Notes under the pieces: generated by a model
Database searches by the model: none
What the model saw: the letters and a program-made list of their open reading frames with translations, nothing else
Told to the model about the DNA's origin: nothing
Position numbers and translations under genes: made by a program
In this document: positions 27,831 through 41,479 of the stretch, piece after piece
How positions within the stretch are numbered: position 1 is the stretch's first letter
How the letters are laid out: every line of letters starts with the position of its first letter
Assembly (NCBI GenBank): GCA_964016885.1
Contig: OZ024745.1
Span: 64,914,001-64,978,000, forward strand
Length of the DNA stretch: 64,000 nucleotides
Reading direction: 5' to 3'
From: Eledone cirrhosa
Lineage: Eukaryota

Positions 27831-30800
27831 TGATCCATTTTTTAATTGGGTGATCCATTTTTTATTTGGGTGATCCATTTTTTATTTGGGGGATCCATTT
27901 TTTATTTGGGTGATCCATTTTTTATTTGGGTGGTCCATTTTTTATTTGGGTGATCCATTTTTTATTTGGGGGATCCATTTTTTATTTGGGTGATCCATTT
28001 TTTATTTGGGGATCCATTTTTTATTTGGGTGATCCATTTTTTATTTGGGTGATCCATTTTTTATTTGGGGGATACATTTTTTATTTGGGTGATCCATTTT
28101 TTATTTGGGGGGTCCATTTTTTATTTGGGGGATCCATTTTTTATTTGGGTGATCAATTTTTTAATTGGGTGATCCATTTTTTATTTGGGGGATCCATTTT
28201 TTATTTGGGTGATCCATTTTTTAGTTGGGTGGTCCATTTTTTATTTGGGTGATCCATTTTTTATTTGGGGGATCCATTTTTTATTTGGGTGATCCATTTT
28301 TTATTTGGGGATCCATTTTTTATTTGGGTGATCCATTTTTTATTTGGGTGATCCATTTTTTATTTGGGGGATCCATTTTTTATTTGGGTGATCCATTTTT
28401 TTAATTTGGGGGTCCATTTTTTATTTGGGTGATCCATTTTTTATTTGGGTGATCCATTTTTTAATTGGGTGATCCATTTTTATTTGGGTGATCCATTTTT
28501 TACTTGGGGGATCCATTTTTTATTTGGGTGATCCATTTTTTATTTTGCTGATTCATTTTTTATTTGGGTGATCCATTTTTTATTTGGGGGATCCATTTTT
28601 TATTTGGGTGAACCATTTTTTATTTGGGGGATCCATTTTTTATTTGGGTGATCCATTTTTTATTTGGGTGATCCATTTTTTATTTGGGGGATCCATTTTT
28701 TATTTGGGTGATCCATTTTTTATTTGGGTGATCCATTTTTTATTTGGGGATCCATTTTTTATTTGGGGGATCCATTTTTTATTTGGGTGATCCATTTTTT
28801 ATTTGGGTGGTCCATTTTTTATTTGGGTGATCCATTTTTTATTTGGGGGATCCATTTTTTATTTGGGTGATCCATTTTTTATTTGGGGATCCATTTTTTA
28901 TTTGGGTGATCCATTTTTTATTTGGTTGATCCATTTTTTATTTGGGGGATACATTTTTTATTTGGGTGATCCATTTTTTATTTGGGGGGACCATTTTTTA
29001 TTTGGGGGATCCATTTTTATTTGGGTGATCCATTTTTTATTTGGGGGATCCATTTTTTATTTGGGTGATCCCTTTTTTATTTGGGGGATCCATTTTTTAT
29101 TTGGGTGATCCATTTTTTATTTGGGGGATCCATTTTTTATTTGGGGGATTCATTTTTTATTTGGGTGATCCATTTTTTATTAGGGGGATCCATTTTTTAT
29201 TTGGGTGATCCATTTTTATTTGGAGATCCATTTTTATTTAGGTGATCCATTTTATAATTGGGTGATCCATTTTTTATTTGGGGGATCCATTTTCTATTTG
29301 GAGGATCCATTATTTATTTGGGTGATCCATTTTTTATTTGGGTGATCCATTTGTTATTTGGGTGATCCATTTTTTATTTGGGTTGATCCCTTTTTTATTT
29401 GGGGGATCCATTTTTTATTTGGGTGATCCATCTTTTATTTGGGGGATCCATTTTTTATTTCGGGGATCCATTTTTTATTTGGGTGATTCATTTTTTATTT
29501 GGGGGATCCATTTTTTATTTGGGTGATCCATTTTTTTTATTTGGGGGTCCATTTTTTATTTGGGTGATCCATTTTTTATTTGGGTGATCCATTTTTTAAT
29601 TGGGTGATCCATTTTTATTTGGGTGATCCATTTTTTACTTGGGGGATCCATTTTTTATTTGGGTGATCCATTTTTTATTTTGCTGATTCATTTTTTATTT
29701 GGGTGATCCATTTTTTATTTGGAGGATCCATTTTTTATTTGGGTGAACCATTTTTTATTTGGGGGATCCATTTTTTATTTGGGTGATCCATTTTTTATTT
29801 GGGTGATCCATTTTTTATTTGGGGGATCCATGTTTTATTTGGGTGATCCATTTTTTATTTGGGTGATCCATTTTTTATTTGGGGGATCCATTTTTTATTT
29901 GGGGGGTCCATTTTTTATTTGGGTGATCCATTTTTATTTGGAGATCCATTTTGTATTTGGGTGATCCATTTTGTATTTGGGGGATCCATTTTTTAATTGG
30001 GTGATCCATTTTTTATTTGGGGGATCCATTTTTTATTTGGGGGATCCATTTTTTATTTGGGGGATCCATTGTTTATTTGGGTGATCCATTTTTTATTTGG
30101 GTGATCCATTTTTTATTTGGGGGATCCATTTTTTATTTGGGTGATCCATTTTTTATTTGGGTGATCCATTTTTTATTTGTGGGATCAATTTTTTATTTGG
30201 GTGATCCATTTTTTATTTGGGGGATCCTTTTTTTATTTGGGTGATCGATTTTTTATTTGGGTGATCCATTTTTTATTTGGGGGATCCATTTTTTATTTGG
30301 GTGATCCATTTTTTATTTGGGTGATACATTTTTTATTTGGGGGATCCATTTTTTATTTGGGTGATCCATTTTTTATTTGGGGGATCCATTTTTTATTTGG
30401 GGGATCCATTTTTTATTTGGGTGATCCATTTTTTATTTGGGTGATCCATTTTTTATTTGGGGGGATCCATTTTTTATTTGGGTGATCCATTTTTTATTTG
30501 GGGGATCCATTTTTTATTTGGGTGATCCATTTTTTATTTGGGGGATCCATTTTTTATTTGGGTGATCCATTTTTTATTTGGGTGATCCATTTTTTAATTG
30601 GGTGATCCATTTTTTATTTGGGGGATCCATTTTTTATTTGGGTGATCCATTTTTTAGTTGGGTGGTCCATTTTTTATTTGGGTGATCCATTTTTTATTTG
30701 GGGGATCCATTTTTTATTTGGGTGATCCATTTTTTATTTGGGGATCCATTTTTTATTTGGGTGATCCATTTTTTATTTGGGTGATCCATTTTTTATTTGG

Positions 30801-33800
30801 GGGATTCATTTTTTATTTGGGTGATTCATTTTTTATTTGGGGGGTCCATTTTTTATTTGGGGGATCCATTTTTATTTGGGTGATCCATTTTTTATTTGGG
30901 GGATCCATTTTTTATTTGGGTGATCCATTTTTTATTTGGGTTGATCCCTTTTTTATTTGGGGGATCCATTTTTTATTTGGGTGATCCATTTTTTATTTGG
31001 AGGATCCACTTTTTATTTGGGTGATCCATTTTTTATTTGAGGGATCCATTTTATATTTGGGTGATCCATTTTTTATTTGGGGGATCCATTATTTATTTGG
31101 GTGATCCTTTTTTTATTTGGGTGATCCATTTTTTATTTGGGTGATCCATTTTTTATTTGGGTGATCCATTTTTTATTTGGGTGATCCATTTTTTATTTGG
31201 GGGATCCATTTTTTATTTGGGTGATCCATTTTTTATTTGGGTGATCCATTTTTTATTTGGGGGATCCATTTTTTATTTGGGTGATCCATTTTTTATTTGG
31301 GTGATCCATTTTTTAATTGGGTGATCCATTTTTTATTTGGGGGATCCATTTTTTATTTGGGTGATCCATTTTTTAGTTGGGTGGTCCATTTTTTATTTGG
31401 GTGATCCATTTTTTATTTGGGGGATCCATTTTTTATTTGGGTGATCCATTTTTTATTTGGGGATCCATTTTTTATTTGGGTGATCCATTTTTTATTTGGG
31501 TGATCCATTTTTTATTTGGGGGATTCATTTTTTATTTGGGTGATTCATTTTTTATTTTGGGGGTCCATTTTTTATTTGGGGGATCCATTTTTATTTGGGT
31601 GATCCATTTTTTATTTGGGGGATCCATTTTTTATTTGGGTGATCCATTTTTTATTTGGGTTGATCCCTTTTTTATTTGGGGGATCCATTTTTTATTTGGG
31701 TGATCCATTTTTTATTTGGAGGATCCACTTTTTATTTGGGTGATCCATTTTTTATTTGAGGGATCCATTTTATATTTGGGTGATCCATTTTTTATTTGGG
31801 GGATCCATTATTTATTTGGGTGATCCATTTTTTATTTGGGTGATCCATTTTTTATTTGGGTGATCCATTTTTTATTTGGGTGATCCATTTTTTATTTGGG
31901 TGATCCATTTTTTATTTGGGGGATCCATTTTTTATTTGGGTGATCCATTTTTTATTTGGGTGATCCATTTTTTATTTGAGGGATCCATTTTATATTTGGG
32001 TGATCCATTTTTTATTTGGGTGATCCATTTTTTATTTGGGGGATCCATTTTTTATTTGGGGGATCCATTTTTTATTTGGCGGATCCATTTTTTATTTGGG
32101 GGATCCATTTTTTATTTCGGGGATCCATTTTTTATTTGGGTGATTCATTTTTTATTTGGGGGATCCATTTTTTATTTGGGTGATTCATTTTTTTTATTTG
32201 GGGGTCCATTTTTTATTTGGGTGATCCATTTTTTATTTGGGTGATCCATTTTTTAATTAGGTGATCCATCTTTATTTGGGTGATCCATTTTTTACTTGGG
32301 GGATCCATTTTTTATTTGGGTGATCCATTTTTTATTTTGATGATTCATTTTTTATTTGGGTGATCCATTTTTTATTTGGGGGATCCATTTTTTATTTGGG
32401 TGAACCATTTTTTATTTGGGGGATCCATCTTTTATTTGGGTGATCCATTTTTTATCTGGGTGATCCATTTTTTATTTGGGGGATCCATTTTTTATTTGGG
32501 TGATCCATTTTTTATTTGGGTGATCCATTTTTTATTTGGGGGATCCATTTTTTATTTGGGGGATCCATTTTTTATTTGGGTGATCCATTTTTATTTGGAG
32601 ATCCATTTTGTATTTGGGTGATCCATTTTTTAATTGGGTGATCCATTTTTTATTTGGGTGATCCATTTTTTATTTGGGGGATCCATTTTTTATTTGGGTG
32701 ATCCATTTTTTATTTGGGTGGTCCATTTTTTATTTGGGTGATCCATTTTTTATTTGGGGGATCCATTTTTTATTTGGGTGATCCATTTTTTATTTGGGGA
32801 TCCATTTTTTATTTGGGTGATCCATTTTTTATTTGGGTGATCCATTTTTTATTTGGGGGATACATTTTTTATTTGGGTGATCCATTTTTTATTTGGGGGG
32901 TCCATTTTTTATTTGGGGGATCCATTTTTTATTTGGGTGATCAATTTTTTAATTGGGTGATCCATTTTTTATTTGGGGGATCCATTTTTTATTTGGGTGA
33001 TCCATTTTTTAGTTGGGTGGTCCATTTTTTATTTGGGTGATCCATTTTTTATTTGGGGGATCCATTTTTTATTTGGGTGATCCATTTTTTATTTGGGGAT
33101 CCATTTTTTATTTGGGTGATCCATTTTTTATTTGGGTGATCCATTTTTTATTTGGGGGATCCATTTTTTATTTGGGTGATCCATTTTTTTAATTTGGGGG
33201 TCCATTTTTTATTTGGGTGATCCATTTTTTATTTGGGTGATCCATTTTTTAATTGGGTGATCCATTTTTATTTGGGTGATCCATTTTTTACTTGGGGGAT
33301 CCATTTTTTATTTGGGTGATCCATTTTTTATTTTGCTGATTCATTTTTTATTTGGGTGATCCATTTTTTATTTGGGGGATCCATTTTTTATTTGGGTGAA
33401 CCATTTTTTATTTGGGGGATCCATTTTTTATTTGGGTGATCCATTTTTTATTTGGGTGATCCATTTTTTATTTGGGGGATCCATTTTTTATTTGGGTGAT
33501 CCATTTTTTATTTGGGTGATCCATTTTTTATTTGGGGATCCATTTTTTATTTGGGGGATCCATTTTTTATTTGGGTGATCCATTTTTTATTTGGGTGGTC
33601 CATTTTTTATTTGGGTGATCCATTTTTTATTTGGGGGATCCATTTTTTATTTGGGTGATCCATTTTTTATTTGGGGATCCATTTTTTATTTGGGTGATCC
33701 ATTTTTTATTTGGTTGATCCATTTTTTATTTGGGGGATACATTTTTTATTTGGGTGATCCATTTTTTATTTGGGGGGACCATTTTTTATTTGGGGGATCC

Positions 33801-36800
33801 ATTTTTATTTGGGTGATCCATTTTTTATTTGGGGGATCCATTTTTTATTTGGGTGATCCCTTTTTTATTTGGGGGATCCATTTTTTATTTGGGTGATCCA
33901 TTTTTTATTTGGGGGATCCATTTTTTATTTGGGGGATTCATTTTTTATTTGGGTGATCCATTTTTTATTAGGGGGATCCATTTTTTATTTGGGTGATCCA
34001 TTTTTATTTGGAGATCCATTTTTATTTAGGTGATCCATTTTATAATTGGGTGATCCATTTTTTATTTGGGGGATCCATTTTCTATTTGGAGGATCCATTA
34101 TTTATTTGGGTGATCCATTTTTTATTTGGGTGATCCATTTGTTATTTGGGTGATCCATTTTTTATTTGGGTTGATCCCTTTTTTATTTGGGGGATCCATT
34201 TTTTATTTGGGTGATCCATTTTTTATTTTGGGGATCCATTTTTTATTTGGGTGATCCATTTTTTATTTGGGTGATCCATTTTTTATTTGGGGGATCCATT
34301 TTTTATTTGGGTGATCCATTTTTTATTTGGGTGATCCATTTTTTATTTGAGGGACCCATTTTATATTTGGGTGATCCATTTTTTATTTGGGTGATCCATT
34401 TTTTATTTGGGGGATCCATTTTTTATTTGGGGGATCCATCTTTTATTTGGGGGATCCATTTTTTATTTGGGGGATCCATTTTTTATTTCGGGGATCCATT
34501 TTTTATTTGGGTGATTCATTTTTTATTTGGGGGATCCATTTTTTATTTGGGTGATCCATTTTTTTTATTTGGGGGTCCATTTTTTATTTGGGTGATCCAT
34601 TTTTTATTTGGGTGATCCATTTTTTAATTGGGTGATCCATTTTTATTTGGGTGATCCATTTTTTACTTGGGGGATCCATTTTTTATTTGGGTGATCCATT
34701 TTTTATTTTGCTGATTCATTTTTTATTTGGGTGATCCATTTTTTATTTGGAGGATCCATTTTTTATTTGGGTGAACCATTTTTTATTTGGGGGATCCATT
34801 TTTTATTTGGGTGATCCATTTTTTATTTGGGTGATCCATTTTTTATTTGGGGGATCCATGTTTTATTTGGGTGATCCATTTTTTATTTGGGTGATCCATT
34901 TTTTATTTGGGGGATCCATTTTTTATTTGGGGGGTCCATTTTTTATTTGGGTGATCCATTTTTATTTGGAGATCCATTTTGTATTTGGGTGATCCATTTT
35001 TTATTTGGGTGATCCATTTTTTATTTGGGTTGATCCCTTTTTTATTTGGGTGATCCATTTTTTATTTGGGTGATCCATTTTTTATTTGGGTGATCCATTT
35101 TTTATTTGTGGGATCAATTTTTTATTTGGGTGATCCATTTTTTATTTGGGGGATCCTTTTTTTATTTGGGTGATCGATTTTTTATTTGGGTGATCCATTT
35201 TTTATTTGGGGGATCCATTTTTTATTTGGGTGATCCATTTTTTATTTGGGTGATACATTTTTTATTTGGGGGATCCATTTTTTATTTGGGTGATCCATTT
35301 TTTATTTGGGGGATCCATTTTTTATTTGGGGGATCCATTTTTTATTTGGGTGATCCATTTTTTATTTGGGTGATCCATTTTTTATTTGGGGGGATCCATT
35401 TTTTATTTGGGTGATCCATTTTTTATTTGGGGGATCCATTTTTTATTTGGGTGATCCATTTTTTATTTGGGGGATCCATTTTTTATTTGGGTGATCCATT
35501 TTTTATTTGGGTGATCCATTTTTTAATTGGGTGATCCATTTTTTATTTGGGGGATCCATTTTTTATTTGGGTGATCCATTTTTTAGTTGGGTGGTCCATT
35601 TTTTATTTGGGTGATCCATTTTTTATTTGGGGGATCCATTTTTTATTTGGGTGATCCATTTTTTATTTGGGGATCCATTTTTTATTTGGGTGATCCATTT
35701 TTTATTTGGGTGATCCATTTTTTATTTGGGGGATTCATTTTTTATTTGGGTGATTCATTTTTTATTTGGGGGGTCCATTTTTTATTTGGGGGATCCATTT
35801 TTATTTGGGTGATCCATTTTTTATTTGGGGGATCCATTTTTTATTTGGGTGATCCATTTTTTATTTGGGTTGATCCCTTTTTTATTTGGGGGATCCATTT
35901 TTTATTTGGGTGATCCATTTTTTATTTGGAGGATCCACTTTTTATTTGGGTGATCCATTTTTTATTTGAGGGATCCATTTTATATTTGGGTGATCCATTT
36001 TTTATTTGGGTGATCCATTTTTTATTTGGGTGATCCATTTTTTATTTGGGTGATCCATTTTTTATTTGGGTGATCCATTTTTTATTTGGGGGATCCATTT
36101 TTTATTTGGGTGATCCATTTTTTATTTGGGTGATCCATTTTTTATTTGAGGGATCCATTTTATATTTGGGTGATCCATTTTTTATTTGGGTGATCCATTT
36201 TTTATTTGGGGGATCCATTTTTTATTTGGGGGATCCATTTTTTATTTGGGGGATCCATTTTTTATTTGGGGGATCCATATTTTATTTCGGGGATCCATTT
36301 TTTATTTGGGTGATTCATTTTTTATTTGGGGGATCCATTTTTTATTTGGGTGATTCATTTTTTTTATTTGGGGGTCCATTTTTTATTTGGGTGATCCATT
36401 TTTTATTTGGGTGATCCATTTTTTAATTAGGTGATCCATCTTTATTTGGGTGATCCATTTTTTACTTGGGGGATCCATTTTTTATTTGGGTGATCCATTT
36501 TTTATTTTGATGATTCATTTTTTATTTGGGTGATCCATTTTTTATTTGGGGGATCCATTTTTTATTTGGGTGAACCATTTTTTATTTGGGGGATCCATCT
36601 TTTATTTGGGTGATCCATTTTTTATTTGGGTGATCCATTTTTTATTTGGGGGATCCATTTTTTATTTGGGTAATCCATTTTTTATTTGGGTGATCCATTT
36701 TTTATTTGGGGGATCCATTTTTTATTTGGGGGATCCATTTTTTATTTGGGTGATCCATTTTTATTTGGAGATCCATTTTGTATTTGGGTGATCCATTTTT

Positions 36801-37350
36801 TAATTGGGTGATCCATTTTTTATTTGGGTGATCCATTTTTTATTTGGGGGATCCATTTTTTATTTGGGTGATCCATTTTTTATTTGGGTGGTCCATTTTT
36901 TATTTGGGTGATCCATTTTTTATTTGGGGGATCCATTTTTTATTTGGGTGATCCATTTTTTATTTGGGGATCCATTTTTTATTTGGGTGATCCATTTTTT
37001 ATTTGGGTGATCCATTTTTTATTTGGGGGATACATTTTTTATTTGGGTGATCCATTTTTTATTTGGGGGGTCCATTTTTTATTTGGGGGATCCATTTTTT
37101 ATTTGGGTGATCAATTTTTTAATTGGGTGATCCATTTTTTATTTGGGGGATCCATTTTTTATTTGGGTGATCCATTTTTTAGTTGGGTGGTCCATTTTTT
37201 ATTTGGGTGATCCATTTTTTATTTGGGGGATCCATTTTTTATTTGGGTGATCCATTTTTTATTTGGGGATCCATTTTTTATTTGGGTGATCCATTTTTTA
37301 TTTGGGTGATCCATTTTTTATTTGGGGGATCCATTTTTTATTTGGGTGAT
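23400..37350 (+). repeat. About three related copies of a 4.2-5.0 kb higher-order unit (main offsets 4768/4788 bp)
   Basis: GATCGA at 25476, 30244 and 35173. TTTGGCGG at 27292 and 32080. ORF series 24951/29719/34747, 27588/32376/36546 and 27926/32714/36884. Confidence 0.85.
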
Positions 37351-40300
37351 CCATTTTTTATTTGGGGATCCATTTTTTATTTGGGTGATCCATTTTTTAT
37401 TTGGGTGATCCATTTTTTATTTGGGGGATCCATTTTTTATTTGGGTGATCCATTTTTTATTTGGGGGTCCATTTTTTATTTGGGGGATCCATTTTTATTT
37501 GGGTGATCCATTTTTTATTTGGGGGATCCATTTTTTATTTGGGTGATCCATTTTTTATTTGGGTTGATCCCTTTTTTATTTGGGGGATCCATTTTTTATT
37601 TGGGTGATCCATTTTTTATTTGGGGGATCCATTTTTTATTTGGTGGATCCATTTTTTATTTGGTTGATCCATTTTTTATTAGGGGGATCCATTTTTTATT
37701 TGGGTGATCCATTTTAATTTGGAGATCCATTTTTTGTTTAGGTGATCCATTTTATAATTGGGTGATCCATTTTTTATTTGGGGGATCCATTTTTTATTTG
37801 GGGGATCCATTATTTATTTGGGTGATCCATTTTTTATTTGGGTGATCCATTTTTTATTTGGGTGATCCATTTTTTATTTGGGTGATCCATTTTTTATTTG
37901 GGGGATCCATTTTTTATTTGGGTGATCCATTTTTTATTTGGGTGATCCATTTTTTATTTGAGGGATCCATTTTATATTTGGGTGATCCATTTTCTATTTG
38001 GGTGATCCATTTTTTATTTGGGGGATCCATTTTTTATTTGGGGGATCCATTTTTTATTTGGGGGATCCATTTTTTATTTCGGGGATCCATTTTTTATTTG
38101 GGTGATTCATTTTTTATTTGGGGGATCCATTTTTTATTTGGGTGATCCATTTTTTTTATTTGGGGGTCCATTTTTTATTTGGGTGATCCATTTTTTATTT
38201 GGATGATCCATTTTTTAATTGGCTGATCCATTTTTATTTGGGTGATCCATTTTTTACTTGGGGGATCCATTTTTTATTTGGGTGATCCATTTTTTATTTT
38301 GCTGATTCATTTTTTATTTGGGTGATCCATTTTTTATTTGGGGGATCCATTTTTTATTTGGGTGAACCATTTTTTATTTGGGAGATCCATTTTTTATTTG
38401 GGTGATCCATTTTTTATTTGGGTGATCCATTTTTTATTTGGGGGATCCATTTTTTATTTGGGTGATCCATTTTTTATTTGGGTGATCCATTTTTTATTTG
38501 GGGGATCCATTTTTTATTTGGGTGATCCATTTTTTATTTGGGTGATCCATTTTTTATTTGAGGGATCCATTTTATATTTGGGTGATCCATTTTTTATTTG
38601 GGTGATCCATTTTTTATTTGGGGGATCCATTTTTTATTTGGGGGATCCATTTTTTATTTGGGGGATCCATTTTTTATTTGGGGGATCCATTTTTTATTTC
38701 GGGGATCCATTTTTTATTTGGGTGATTCATTTTTTATTTGGGGGATCCATTTTTTATTTGGGTGATCCATTTTTTTTATTTGGGGGTCCATTTTTTATTT
38801 GGGTGATCCATTTTTTATTTGGGTGATCCATTTTTTAATTGGGTGATCCATTTTTATTTGGGTGATCCATTTTTTACTTGGGGGATCCATTTTTTATTTG
38901 GGTGATCCATTTTTTATTTTGCTGATTCATTTTTTATTTGGGTGATCCATTTTTTATTTGGGGGATCCATTTTTTATTTGGGTGAACCATTTTTTATTTG
39001 GGGGATCCATCTTTTATTTGGGTGATCCATTTTTTATTTGGGTGATCCATTTTTTATTTGGGGGATCCATTTTTTATTTGGGTGATCCATTTTTTATTTG
39101 GGTGATCCATTTTTTATTTGGGGGATCCATTTTTTATTTGGGGGATCCATTTTTTATTTGGGTGATACATTTTTATTTGGAGATCCATTTTGTATTTGGG
39201 TGATCCATTTTTTAATTGGGTGATCCATTTTTTATTTGGGTGATCCATTTTTTATTTGGGGGATCCATTTTTTATTTGGGTGATCCATTTTTTATTTGGG
39301 TGGTCCATTTTTTATTTGGGTGATCCATTTTTTTATTTGGGGGATCCATTTTTTATTTGGGTGATTCATTTTTTATTTGGGGATCCATTTTTTATTTGGG
39401 TGATCCATTTTTTATTTGGGTGATCCATTTTTTATTTGGGGGATACATTTTTTATTTGGGTGATCCATTTTTTATTTGGGGGGTCCATTTTTTATTTGGG
39501 GGATCCATTTTTTATTTGGGTGATCAATTTTTTAATTGGGTGATCCATTTTTTATTTGGGGGATCCATTTTTTATTTGGGTGATCCATTTTTTAGTTGGG
39601 TGGTCCATTTTTTATTTGGGTGATCCATTTTTTATTTGGGGGATCCATTTTTTATTTGGGTGATCCATTTTTTATTTGGGGATCCATTTTTTATTTGGGT
39701 GATCCATTTTTTATTTGGGTGATCCATTTTTTATTTGGGGGATCCATTTTTTATTTGGGTGATCCATTTTTTATTTGGGTGATCCATTTTTTATTTGGGT
39801 GATCCATTTTTTATTTGGGGGATCCATTTTTTATTTGGGTGATCCATTTTTTATTTGGGGGTGCATTTTTTATTTGGGGGATCCATTTTTATTTGGGTGA
39901 TCCATTTTTTATTTGGGGGATCCATTTTTTATTTGGGTGATCCATTTTTTATTTGGGTTGATCCCTTTTTTATTTGGGGGATCCATTTTTTATTTGGGTG
40001 ATCCATTTTTTATTTGGGGGATCCATTTTTTATTTGGGGGATCCATTTTTTATTTGGTTGATCCATTTTTTATTAGGGGGATCCATTTTTTATTTGGGTG
40101 ATCCATTTTAATTTGGAGATCCATTTTTTGTTTAGGTGATCCATTTTATAATTGGGTGATCCATTTTTTATTTGGGGGATCCATTTTTTATTTGGGGGAT
40201 CCATTATTTATTTGGGTGATCCATTTTTTATTTGGGTGATCCATTTTTTATTTGGGTGATCCATTTTTTATTTGGGTGATCCATTTTTTATTTGGGTGAT

Positions 40301-41479
40301 CCATTTTTTATTTGGGGGATCCATTTTTTATTTGGGTGATCCATTCTTTATTTGGGTGATCCATTTTTTATTTGAGGGATCCATTTTATATTTGGGTGAT
40401 CCATTTTTTATTTGGGTGATCCATTTTTTATTTGGGGGATCCATTTTTTATTTGGGGGATCCATTTTTTATTTGGGGGATCCATTTTTTATTTGGGGGAT
40501 CCATTTTTTATTTCGGGGATCCATTTTTTATTTGGGTGATTCATTTTTTATTTGGGGGATCCATTTTTTATTTGGGTGATCCATTTTTTTTATTTGGGGG
40601 TCCATTTTATATTTGGGTGATCCATTTTTTATTTGGATGATCCATTTTTTAATTGGGTGATCCATTTTTATTTGGGTGATCCATTTTTTACTTGGGGGAT
40701 CCATTTTTTATTTGGGTGATCCATTTTTTATTTTGCTGATTCATTTTTTATTTGGGTGATCCATTTTTTATTTGGGGGATCCATTTTTTATTTGGGTGAA
40801 CCATTTTTTATTTGGGAGATCCATTTTTTATTTGGGTGATCCATTTTTTATTTGGGTGATCCATTTTTTATTTGGGGGATCCATTTTTTATTTGGGTGAT
40901 CCATTTTTTATTTGGGTGATCCATTTTTTATTTGGGGGATCCATTTTTTATTTGGGGGATCCATTTTTTATTTGGGTGATCCATTTTTATTTGGAGATCC
41001 ATTTTGTATTTGGGTGATCCATTTTTTAATTGGGTGATCCATTTTTTATTTGGGTGATCCATTTTTTATTTGGGGGATGCTTTTTTTATTTGGGTGATCC
41101 ATTTTTTATGTGGGTGGTCCATTTTTTATTTGGGTGATCCATTTTTTATTTGGGGGATCCATTTTTTATTTGGGTGATCCATTTTTCATTTGGGGATCCA
41201 TTTTTTATTTGGGTGATCCATTTTTTATTTGGGTGATCCATTTTTTATTTGGGGGATACATTTTTTATTTGGGTGATCCATTTTTTATTTGGGGGGGTCC
41301 ATTTTTTATTTGGGGGATCCATTTTTATTTGGGTGATCCATTTTTTATTTGGGGGATCCATTTTTTATTTGGGTGATCCCTTTTTTATTTGGGGGATCCA
41401 TTTTTTATTTGGGTGATCCATTTTTTATTTGGGGGATCCATTTTTTATTTGGGGGATCCATTTTTTATTTGGGTGATCC

